Below, in pieces: positions 41,131-49,134 of a stretch of DNA of 64,000 bases. Made by a program: the position numbers and the translations under genes. Under the pieces are notes generated by a model that searched no databases, had not been told where the DNA came from, and saw nothing but the letters and a program-made list of their open reading frames with translations. The DNA lies in IMG/VR virus record IMGVR_UViG_3300031963_000020, positions 32,001 to 96,000 of that record; one strand, given 5' to 3'. Source of the stretch: a virus. Each line of letters begins with the position of its first letter. Position 1 is the stretch's first letter.

Positions 41131-41388
41131 ATGACAACATTTTTAGTAGTAGTATTCGTATTAGCAGTTGTAATTTATTTTGTTAATCGTAAGGTAATGG
41201 AAGCCCCAGCACCTTTGTTAAAGGCAACCAAGAAGGTTGAAGCAGTTGCAGTTAAGGTTGTTGATGTCAACGGTGATGGTAAGGTTGACCTCAAAGACGC
41301 AGTTGCAGCCGTTAAGGCAGTAGAAGCAACTAGTAAAAAGGTTGTTAAGAAGGCAAAAAAGATAACAACAAAGAAAAAGACCAAATAA
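41131..41388 (+). CDS. Small membrane protein with EF-hand-like loop and Lys-rich tail
   Basis: N-terminal TM helix; DVNGDGKVDLKD; SD AAGGAG. Confidence 0.7.
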   Translation: MTTFLVVVFVLAVVIYFVNRKVMEAPAPLLKATKKVEAVAVKVVDVNGDGKVDLKDAVAAVKAVEATSKKVVKKAKKITTKKKTK

Positions 41389-41394
41389 TTTTCT

Positions 41395-41763
41395 ATGCGA
41401 CTTAAAGCTTTACTAAATGAAAATATCACAAATGAATTTGTAAAGTTTGTCGCAAAAGAGCTACAACTTCAATCACTACCTGCCAATATTAAATTTGTGG
41501 GTAGTGATTATTCTAAAGAAAATTTAACCTTTGGAACCTATAATCCACAAACTGACGAAATTATTATCGTAAAAGGTAATCGTCATATTGCGGATGTATT
41601 ACGAACCTTGGCTCACGAGATGGTGCATCACAAACAACGAACCAGTAATCAAGAGTTGAATGGTGAAGATGGGTCAAACACAGAAAACGAAGCAAATGCA
41701 AAAGCAGGTGAATTAATGCGTAAGTTTAGATACTTACGACCAGAAATGTACGTGGAGAGATAA
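41395..41763 (+). CDS. HExxH zinc metallopeptidase-like protein
   Basis: GTYNP...LRTLAHEMVHHKQ...ENEANAKAG (zincin, IrrE/ImmA-like pattern); MRLKALLNE leader. Confidence 0.7.
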   Translation: MRLKALLNENITNEFVKFVAKELQLQSLPANIKFVGSDYSKENLTFGTYNPQTDEIIIVKGNRHIADVLRTLAHEMVHHKQRTSNQELNGEDGSNTENEANAKAGELMRKFRYLRPEMYVER

Positions 41764-42246
41764 ATGCCATCAGTTAGTAAAGCACAACAAAAATTATTTG
41801 GTATTGTTAGAGCTATCCAAACTGGACGAGCAAAAGCAAGTGATTTTAGTCCAACCGCAAGAAAGTTAGCACAGACTGTGGCAAAAGGTAGTGTAGAAAA
41901 GTATGCATCTACTCCACACGATAAACTACCAAAGAAAAAGGACGAAGTTGCAGGAGCAGTCCCAATCTCCGATTTTCCAGTAGCATCTGACGATACCACA
42001 CCAACTGTATCGAATGACCCACACTTGGTCACCACTAGTGAAGATTATAGTTCTAAGCAAAGTCAAATATTGAGTATTGTAAAGGACAGAAAACCAGCAG
42101 AAGTTGGTGGTGTAATGTTAGACATTTACACCGCAGCATTATTGACTCGTGTATTACACAAGTTATCACCAGACAATAGAAAGAAGATGTTGTCCCTTCC
42201 AACCGAAAAGATGGTAGCAACTGCATATAAGTTAGTAACCCGTTAA
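41764..42246 (+). CDS. Hypothetical two-module protein
   Basis: MPSVSKAQQKLFG...YASTPHDKLP N-terminal module and a C-terminal helical module. Confidence 0.65.
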   Translation: MPSVSKAQQKLFGIVRAIQTGRAKASDFSPTARKLAQTVAKGSVEKYASTPHDKLPKKKDEVAGAVPISDFPVASDDTTPTVSNDPHLVTTSEDYSSKQSQILSIVKDRKPAEVGGVMLDIYTAALLTRVLHKLSPDNRKKMLSLPTEKMVATAYKLVTR

Positions 42247-42247
42247 T

Positions 42248-42931
42248 ATGGGTAAAACCGCATATATTACTGATTTTGACGATACCCTAGTGCATACAGA
42301 CGCTAGGGTTATTGTTATTGACAAGGATGGAAAGAAAAAAGATATAAGTCCCGCTGATTACGTATCATACGAAAAACAGCCTGGTGATACGTTCGACTAC
42401 TCAGAGTTTGAACAATTGAAAAATCCCCGTCCTATAAAAAAATATGTCAATCTATTAAAGAAAGTCATTGATCAAAAGAAAGCAGATAAAGTAGTAGTCT
42501 TAACTGCTCGTGGTCATACTAAACCTATTGCGCAATTTTTAAAGTCACAAGGTATCACATCGGGTATCACAATTGCTGCATTAGGTGATAGCGACCCGAT
42601 GGAAAAAGCGCGATACATAGAAAAACATATTAAAAATGGATATACCAGAATAGCATTTGTTGACGATGCACCAAAGAATGTAAAAGCAGTCAAAACATTA
42701 ATGGACAAGTATCCACAAACAAAGTTGGTCGTGCAACAAGCACAAGAAAAAGATACAAAACAAGCTGGTGGAACACCAACAAAACAAACACGACTAAAAG
42801 ATTTATTAAAACATCGTATTAAAAATCCACAAACTGGCCGTGATATTTTGGTTAAGAGTGCATTGGGTTATGGAACAGATTCGGTAGTCAGAAAGACGGC
42901 GATGAATTATATCGCTAAAAATATGAAATAA
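42248..42931 (+). CDS. HAD-superfamily phosphatase with C-terminal IKNPQTGR module
   Basis: Motif I DFDDTL, motif II LTAR, motif III K, motif IV FVDD...N. Confidence 0.75.
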   Translation: MGKTAYITDFDDTLVHTDARVIVIDKDGKKKDISPADYVSYEKQPGDTFDYSEFEQLKNPRPIKKYVNLLKKVIDQKKADKVVVLTARGHTKPIAQFLKSQGITSGITIAALGDSDPMEKARYIEKHIKNGYTRIAFVDDAPKNVKAVKTLMDKYPQTKLVVQQAQEKDTKQAGGTPTKQTRLKDLLKHRIKNPQTGRDILVKSALGYGTDSVVRKTAMNYIAKNMK

Positions 42932-42967
42932 CCTATTTATTTACAAGTTTTATTAATGGAGATAGTT

Positions 42968-43291
42968 ATGGCAACAGAAGAAACCCCAGTATCACAAGAA
43001 AGTAAGTTCCAAGAAATGTTGTTCAAGATGATGGCTCGTCGTTGGAATATCACGGGCATCGTTCTTGTCACATTTATGTTAATCGTTGCAGGCATCACTG
43101 GTGCAGTGTATATGCAAACACCAATTGACGGTGAATGGAAAGAACTTTTACTTCTTATGCTTGGTGCATTTATTGGTTCATACGGTAAGATTATTGACTA
43201 CTGGTTCTCAGATACCGATAAGGATAAGATGTTAGTACAAAAGATGGACGAAGAAGATGGTCAATCATTCTCAAATACATTAGGTGGCTAA
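42968..43291 (+). CDS. Two-TM membrane protein, holin-like
   Basis: Two hydrophobic helices, IIDYWFS and a charged tail; start reassigned to 42968 (SD GGAG). Confidence 0.5.
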   Translation: MATEETPVSQESKFQEMLFKMMARRWNITGIVLVTFMLIVAGITGAVYMQTPIDGEWKELLLLMLGAFIGSYGKIIDYWFSDTDKDKMLVQKMDEEDGQSFSNTLGG

Positions 43292-43303
43292 TAAGGAGGT
43301 TGT

Positions 43304-43522
43304 ATGTATGTAGAAGTAAGAGGGGACAGTCTTGGTGATTTAGATAGAGCACTTCGACAATTCTCTAAAATGGTTAAAAAGGCAGAAATAGTAAACGAAG
43401 TGAAGCGCCGTGAGTTTTATGTCAAGAGGTCAAAGAAAAAAATCTTAAAGCAACAAGAAGCACTTCGTCGCCGTATTCGTGAAGAAAAGAAGGTAGAGAA
43501 GAAAAAGAATTCAGAATGGTAA
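43304..43522 (+). CDS. rpsU: Phage-encoded 30S ribosomal protein bS21
   Basis: V.VR...LDRALRQFSKMVKKAEIVNEVKRREFYVKRS matches the bS21 consensus; SD AAGGAGG. Confidence 0.85.
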   Translation: MYVEVRGDSLGDLDRALRQFSKMVKKAEIVNEVKRREFYVKRSKKKILKQQEALRRRIREEKKVEKKKNSEW

Positions 43523-43651
43523 AAAATAGTGTTTTTTGTCAAAGCACTAATATATATTATATAGATTACACCTCTTTTGGGGTGTCTATGCTTTTGTATT
43601 AATAACCGTATAATAGTTAAAATAACTATTGAAACAAACGAGAGGCATTAT

Positions 43652-44911
43652 ATGGCAGAAATTACAAACGAACTTCTAAAGCAAGCAATTGCAGATGCAG
43701 ATGCAGTCCGTGATATGGCTATCGCAAATGCAAAGATTGCATTAGAAGAAACCTTCACACCCCAAATCAAGTCCATGCTTGCAAAGCGCTTACGTGCCGA
43801 AGCAATGGAAACAGCAGAAGGTGCGGAAAAGGCAAAGGAAGAACCATTCCAAGACGCAACACACGTAACAGGTGGTGGTCCAGAAGATACTTCCGCAATC
43901 GGAACTGGTGACAACAAGGAACCATCCGATGCAGCAAACTACTCATCGGATATTGATCAAGGCGGTGAAGGTGAAACCGACTCATCAACCGATTGGTATG
44001 ATGATTGGTCAGAATCAGATTTTGACCTTGACGAAGTAATCAAGGAATTAGAAGGAGATGTAAACGCACTTTCAGAAGCTGAAGAAGAAGAACTCGACGA
44101 AGCTAAGCATGAAGGTGAAGAAGAGAAGGAAGAAATGAAGGAAGGTTATAATGAAGAAATGCATGATGATGAAGAAAAGGAAGAGGAAGAGGAAAAGGCA
44201 GACGAAGCAGCTAAGGTTGTAGACCCAACCGCAGATGCAGGCACCCCACCAGAAGCAGCTAAGAAACATTCAGATGCAATGCAAAAGAAGGGTGATGACA
44301 AGCCATCCGCTCCAGCAGTAAATCCTATGGGTAAGGCAGAAGGTGCAGAAGATGCATCAGACCCACATAAGTTCGCAATGAACCCAGCAGAACCAAAGAT
44401 GGAAATGGGTTATGGCGCAGGTGAAGGTGAAGGCGAAGAAGAACTCGATCTTGAAGCAATCCTTCGTGAATTAGAAGCCCAAGATGCTAAGGACACAGAA
44501 CAAAAGCATCAAATGGCATCTAAGATGGCAGATCTTCAAAAAGAGCTAGCAGAATATCGTAAGGTTGTAGAAGTCCTACGAGGCAAGCTTAACGAAGTAA
44601 ATCTTCTAAACGCAAAACTCCTTTATACCAACAAGATCTTCCGTAAGGAAGGTTTGACCAACGAACAAAAGGTTGCAATCCTCGAATCATTCGACAGAGC
44701 AATCAATGTACGTGAAGTCAAGATGGTATATGCAACATTAGCAGAAGCAATGACTGTAACTGCTAAGAATGCAAAGGGACGCACCGTATCAAGTAAGGTT
44801 GTTACCGAAGGTTTGGCATCAAAGCCAACCCCAAGTACAGCACCAAAGAAGGAAATTTTAGAAGAAAATACAGTCGCAAAGCGTCTACAACAACTCGCAG
44901 GCATTCTATAA
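43652..44911 (+). CDS. Prohead scaffold/core protein (T4 gp22-like)
   Basis: Start reassigned to 43652 (SD GAGG); very acidic and coiled-coil; directly upstream of MCP; many L/I/V-x-E sites; ends RLQQLAGIL. Confidence 0.75.
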   Translation: MAEITNELLKQAIADADAVRDMAIANAKIALEETFTPQIKSMLAKRLRAEAMETAEGAEKAKEEPFQDATHVTGGGPEDTSAIGTGDNKEPSDAANYSSDIDQGGEGETDSSTDWYDDWSESDFDLDEVIKELEGDVNALSEAEEEELDEAKHEGEEEKEEMKEGYNEEMHDDEEKEEEEEKADEAAKVVDPTADAGTPPEAAKKHSDAMQKKGDDKPSAPAVNPMGKAEGAEDASDPHKFAMNPAEPKMEMGYGAGEGEGEEELDLEAILRELEAQDAKDTEQKHQMASKMADLQKELAEYRKVVEVLRGKLNEVNLLNAKLLYTNKIFRKEGLTNEQKVAILESFDRAINVREVKMVYATLAEAMTVTAKNAKGRTVSSKVVTEGLASKPTPSTAPKKEILEENTVAKRLQQLAGIL

Positions 44912-44931
44912 CAATTTAGGAGATAAATCAT

Positions 44932-46512
44932 ATGTCAGGTGTATCAGAATTTATCAACGAAGCCGGTTCAGCACACCGCGTAGTAGTTGAACAAACCCGC
45001 CAATTGGCAGGTAAGTGGGAAAAGTCAGGCCTTCTTGAAGGCTTAACTGGTCACGAAAAGCAAGGTATGGCAGTAATGCTTGAAAACCAAGCAACACAAC
45101 TTCTTTCAGAAGCAACAACCACCAACCCAGCAGGTGCAGGTTCAGCTGGTGAAAACTGGGCAGGTGTCGCACTTCCATTAGTACGTAAGGTATTCGGTTC
45201 AATCGCAAGTAAGAACTTCGTATCAGTACAACCAATGAACTTACCAGCAGGTTTGGTATTCTTCATGGATTTCAAGTATGCAAACACAGTAAACGGTAAG
45301 ACCGCAGGTGGTTCACTCTATGGTACAACCAGTGGTTCAGGTGTTCTTCCACGTGGTGGTTTCTACGGTGCTGGTGAATACGCATACTCAGTAAATGATG
45401 CAACATTAACACTTGCACCAGCAATTGGTTCAGGTTCAGCAGTTGGTTATGGTGATGTAAACTACAACGATACATACTCATCATCATTTGCATCATTCTT
45501 CAAGTTCGTTGTTCCAGCAGTAAGTTTCTCAAACGCTGACTTCAACGCAGTTCGTTCATTCCGCGTAACAACAAACGTTGCAGGTGGTGCACTTCTTCCA
45601 GAATTCACCAAGTATGACGGAACAAACGTTACACTTATCGTAAGTGGAACATCAGCTCTTGGTTCAATGGTATCAATGTCAGCAGTTGAATACAATAAGC
45701 AACCAACAGACACCACCCGTGGTGACTTCGAAGATCGTGATAACTCAGTAACAAACTTGAACATTCCACAAATTGATTTGGAACTTCGTTCAGAAACAAT
45801 CGTAGCAAAGACCCGTAAGTTGAAGGCAGTCTGGTCACCAGAACTTGCACAAGACTTGAACGCATACCACTCAGTTGATGCAGAAGCAGAATTAACAGCA
45901 ATGTTAAGTGACTACATCTCAACTGAAATCGACCTTGAAATTCTTGATATGTTGATTGCAAACGCAACCACAACAGAATTCTGGAATGCAGAAGTTGGTA
46001 AGGTATGGAACGGTTCAGCATTCGTAGCAAGTGCAACGCTCAGTGGTCAAGCTTGGACATCAATGACTTGGTTCCAAACACTTGGTCAAAAGATGCAAAA
46101 GGTATCAAACAAGATTCACCAACTCACAATGCGTGGTGGTGCAAACTTTGCAGTATGTTCACCAACCGTTGCAACAATCTTGGAAACAATCCCAGGATTT
46201 ATGGCAGCAACAGACGGTGATAAGATGGAATTTGCAGGTGGCGTAACAAAGGTTGGTTCATTCCAAAACCGTTACACAATCTACAAGAACCCATATATGA
46301 CCGAAAACACATTGTTAATGGGCTTCCGTGGAAGTAACTTCCTCGAAACTGGTGCAGTCTACGCACCATATATCCCACTTATCATGACTCCATTGGTATA
46401 CGATCCAAACAACTTCACACCACGTAGAGGCGTAATGACCCGCTACGCGAAGAAGATCGTACGTCCAGAATTCTTCGGTAAGATCTTCATCGATGGATTA
46501 GCAACTGTCTAA
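44932..46512 (+). CDS. Major capsid protein (T4 gp23-like)
   Basis: KW...LLEG...AVMLENQ, VSVQPMNLPAGLVF, AKTRKLKAVWSPELAQDLNAYH, YAPYIPL...F.PRRGVMTRY. Confidence 0.95.
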   Translation: MSGVSEFINEAGSAHRVVVEQTRQLAGKWEKSGLLEGLTGHEKQGMAVMLENQATQLLSEATTTNPAGAGSAGENWAGVALPLVRKVFGSIASKNFVSVQPMNLPAGLVFFMDFKYANTVNGKTAGGSLYGTTSGSGVLPRGGFYGAGEYAYSVNDATLTLAPAIGSGSAVGYGDVNYNDTYSSSFASFFKFVVPAVSFSNADFNAVRSFRVTTNVAGGALLPEFTKYDGTNVTLIVSGTSALGSMVSMSAVEYNKQPTDTTRGDFEDRDNSVTNLNIPQIDLELRSETIVAKTRKLKAVWSPELAQDLNAYHSVDAEAELTAMLSDYISTEIDLEILDMLIANATTTEFWNAEVGKVWNGSAFVASATLSGQAWTSMTWFQTLGQKMQKVSNKIHQLTMRGGANFAVCSPTVATILETIPGFMAATDGDKMEFAGGVTKVGSFQNRYTIYKNPYMTENTLLMGFRGSNFLETGAVYAPYIPLIMTPLVYDPNNFTPRRGVMTRYAKKIVRPEFFGKIFIDGLATV

Positions 46513-46546
46513 TCTCTTGATGTAAAAGGGTAACACAATAGAAATT

Positions 46547-46579
46547 GGGGTGGCCGAAAGGTCACCCCTTTTTCTTTTT
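46547..46579 (+). terminator. Rho-independent terminator after MCP
   Basis: GGGGTGGCC-GAAA-GGTCACCCC stem followed by a T tract. Confidence 0.9.
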
Positions 46580-46595
46580 ATATAAACTAAACTAC

Positions 46596-46603
46596 TATTT
46601 ATA
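46596..46603 (+). promoter_or_regulatory. Putative late promoter TATTTATA
   Basis: Just after the MCP terminator, 38 nt before ATG 46634. Confidence 0.65.
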
Positions 46604-46633
46604 CTATAGAGTTTTTCCATTTATGAGATTACT

Positions 46634-47800
46634 ATGGCAATACTAAGTGATGATCCAATAGTTTACGATGGTAACCCACAAGACCCAGACGGCCTCACTC
46701 CATTTGCGTTATTTGATGATGAACCAGCATTTAGAACAGATGCCCCACGAGTAGCTGATTATGTAGCTAATCGTTTAGGATATCCTGTATTGGATGTTGA
46801 ATTAATTGACAAAATGATCTACACATGCTTCGAAGAAGCAGTCACCACATATGGTTCACAAGTTAATCAGTTTCAAGCACGTGAACATATGTTGTCATTA
46901 CAAGGATTGTCAACTGGTAGTGTTTTAACACAAAGAAATATTATTGGGTCATCTTTACCGCAAATCATTCGTTTGTCAACACAATATGGTGTAGAAGCAC
47001 AATCTGGTGGTAATGTGCAAGTAAAAAAAGGATATATTTCCGCATCTGCACTTACACAATCATATGACTTAAAAACATTGTGGGCCGATACATACGAAAG
47101 TGGGTCAGCAATAGAAATTCGTCGTATATATCACTATATGCCATCAGCAGTCGCACGTTATTATGACCCATTTGCAACCACGGGTCTTGGTCTTACAAAT
47201 TTAATGGGTGAATTTGGATTTGACGGATATTCACCACCAGTTACTTTCGTAATGATGCCAGCATACGAAGATTTACTTCGTATCCAAGCAATCGAAATAA
47301 ACGATTTAATTCGTAAAAGTCAATATTCATTTGAAGTATCAAACAACATCGTAAGATTCAGTCCGATATTTAAACAAAGTGCAACAGTTTGGTTCGATTA
47401 CGTAGTGGTTGGTGATAAAGAAGGTGCAGGTAAAACCTATAATACATCTACATCACTAGTATCGGATTATTCAAACGTTCCATATAATCATATTCCATAT
47501 TATAGTATAAACTCCATAGGTAAAAATTGGATATACCGATACACACTTGCATTAGCAAAAGAAACGCTTGGTAATGTTCGTGGTAAATATGACAATGTAC
47601 CTATTCCAGACCAAATAATTAAAATGGACGGTGACCTTCTTCGTCGTGAGGGTAAAGAAGAACGTGAACTTCTTATTAAAGAAATACGTGAAACATTGGA
47701 ACAAACCGGATTACAAGCACAAATGAAGAAGCAAGCAGAAAATGCTAAAATGATGCAAGAATTATTTGGTAAAGTCCCAACTTTAATTTATATCGGATAA
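46634..47800 (+). CDS. Neck/head-tail adaptor protein (T4 gp13-like)
   Basis: RLGYPVLDVEL...; WIYRYTLALAKETLG.VRGKY...DG..L..EG. Confidence 0.75.
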   Translation: MAILSDDPIVYDGNPQDPDGLTPFALFDDEPAFRTDAPRVADYVANRLGYPVLDVELIDKMIYTCFEEAVTTYGSQVNQFQAREHMLSLQGLSTGSVLTQRNIIGSSLPQIIRLSTQYGVEAQSGGNVQVKKGYISASALTQSYDLKTLWADTYESGSAIEIRRIYHYMPSAVARYYDPFATTGLGLTNLMGEFGFDGYSPPVTFVMMPAYEDLLRIQAIEINDLIRKSQYSFEVSNNIVRFSPIFKQSATVWFDYVVVGDKEGAGKTYNTSTSLVSDYSNVPYNHIPYYSINSIGKNWIYRYTLALAKETLGNVRGKYDNVPIPDQIIKMDGDLLRREGKEERELLIKEIRETLEQTGLQAQMKKQAENAKMMQELFGKVPTLIYIG

Positions 47801-47801
47801 T

Positions 47802-48260
47802 ATGCCACGTTTCGTATCTCAAAGAGATTTTAATTTTTTTCAACACATTAACCGTGAATTATTGGTCGATGTGGTGGACGTAGATGTAATCTTATACAAG
47901 ATTGCATTAGAAACCACTGCGATTAACATCTATGGAGAATCAACAGAAAAAGCACGTTATACTGGTGTAGAACTTAAAGCATTAGTTAAATATCCAAAAG
48001 TTCAAACTGATACAAGGGATGGGTTCGGTGTAGACGTAACACAGAATGTTGAATTTAGATTTGCGAGAAGATTGTTGGCAGAAGTAGAAACCTATCCAGA
48101 ACCAGGTGATATTGTAGAGTATAACGGACTATTCTATGAAATAGACATGACGCAAGATTCACAACTTATCGCAGGTCAACCAGAATATTCCACATCACTA
48201 CTTTGCTTAGCACATCTAACTCGTCGTAGTGGTATTCAAATTGAGGAGGCTAATACATAA
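47802..48260 (+). CDS. Head closure/neck protein (T4 gp14-like)
   Basis: NIYGES...YPEPGDIVEYNGLFYEI; position between neck and tail terminator. Confidence 0.65.
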   Translation: MPRFVSQRDFNFFQHINRELLVDVVDVDVILYKIALETTAINIYGESTEKARYTGVELKALVKYPKVQTDTRDGFGVDVTQNVEFRFARRLLAEVETYPEPGDIVEYNGLFYEIDMTQDSQLIAGQPEYSTSLLCLAHLTRRSGIQIEEANT

Positions 48261-49069
48261 TGGCCGACTATAGTAACAGAAAAGTAACAGATAAAGTAAA
48301 ACAAGTAGTTGATAATACAAAAACTACAGAATACCAAAATCGTGCGTATGACACAAAAACCGATGCATCGGATACACCAATCACGGTTACATTATTAACA
48401 ATTGATGAAACACTTATTAAGTATTTATCTGCAAGAATACAACCTATTTTATCACAAGATGGTAAATCGGTAAAGGTACCTATAATTTATGGTAATCCTG
48501 AACGCTGGAAAAGTGTTCAAAAAGATGGTGTTATACGTGATAAATTTAATAAGATACAACTACCAATCATTATGATACGTAGAACTGGTCTAAAGAAGAA
48601 CTTAAAACAAAACTCACCAGTTAACAAGTATTTAGAACGGGAATTTGAAACTGGATGGAACAAATATAACCCATATGATAGATTTGCCGCAGTAAATGGT
48701 ATTAAACCAGTTAAAAAGTATATTACAACAGTAACTCCTGACTATTTTGATCTTACATATGAATGTATAATCTGGACAGAATATATGGAACAGATGAACA
48801 AAGTCATTGAACAAGTGTCATTTGAGGACGATGAGTATTGGGGTGACAGAGGGCAGTACAAGTTTAGAACACGAATTGATGAGTACAAAACTGATACAAC
48901 TCTACCAAACGTACAAGATAGATTGGTCAGAACTACGTTTACATTAAATGTGTCTGCGTACCTCCTACCAGAGAGAATGGTCAATAAAACAGGTCAAATT
49001 ATGCAGACCTCTCAAGAACGATTTTCAGTTAAAAAAATCGTCACTTTTACTGAATTAGAAGAGGGTTAA
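48260..49069 (+). CDS. Tail terminator/sheath stabiliser (T4 gp15-like)
   Basis: KVPIIYGNPERW...LPIIMI...PDYFDLTYE...EQMNKVIEQ. Confidence 0.7.
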   Translation: MADYSNRKVTDKVKQVVDNTKTTEYQNRAYDTKTDASDTPITVTLLTIDETLIKYLSARIQPILSQDGKSVKVPIIYGNPERWKSVQKDGVIRDKFNKIQLPIIMIRRTGLKKNLKQNSPVNKYLEREFETGWNKYNPYDRFAAVNGIKPVKKYITTVTPDYFDLTYECIIWTEYMEQMNKVIEQVSFEDDEYWGDRGQYKFRTRIDEYKTDTTLPNVQDRLVRTTFTLNVSAYLLPERMVNKTGQIMQTSQERFSVKKIVTFTELEEG

Positions 49070-49095
49070 AAGTCGTGTTTCACAAAAATAATCTA

Positions 49096-49103
49096 TATTT
49101 ATA
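49096..49103 (+). promoter_or_regulatory. Putative late promoter TATTTATA
   Basis: 39 nt before ATG 49135 (sheath unit). Confidence 0.6.
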
Positions 49104-49134
49104 ATACGAGTACAGATATACATAAGGAGGTTAT

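Noticed and set aside
31540-43651. Longest-ORF starts at 31540, 35885, 36447, 36748, 40492, 42956 and 43577
   Set aside because: Most overlap upstream genes or use weak starts; downstream ATGs have an SD, a coupling junction or the shared leader.
32219-46512. Introns or inteins in terminase, portal or MCP
   Set aside because: The ORFs are continuous and of ordinary core length, with no intein splice motifs or LAGLIDADG sequences seen.
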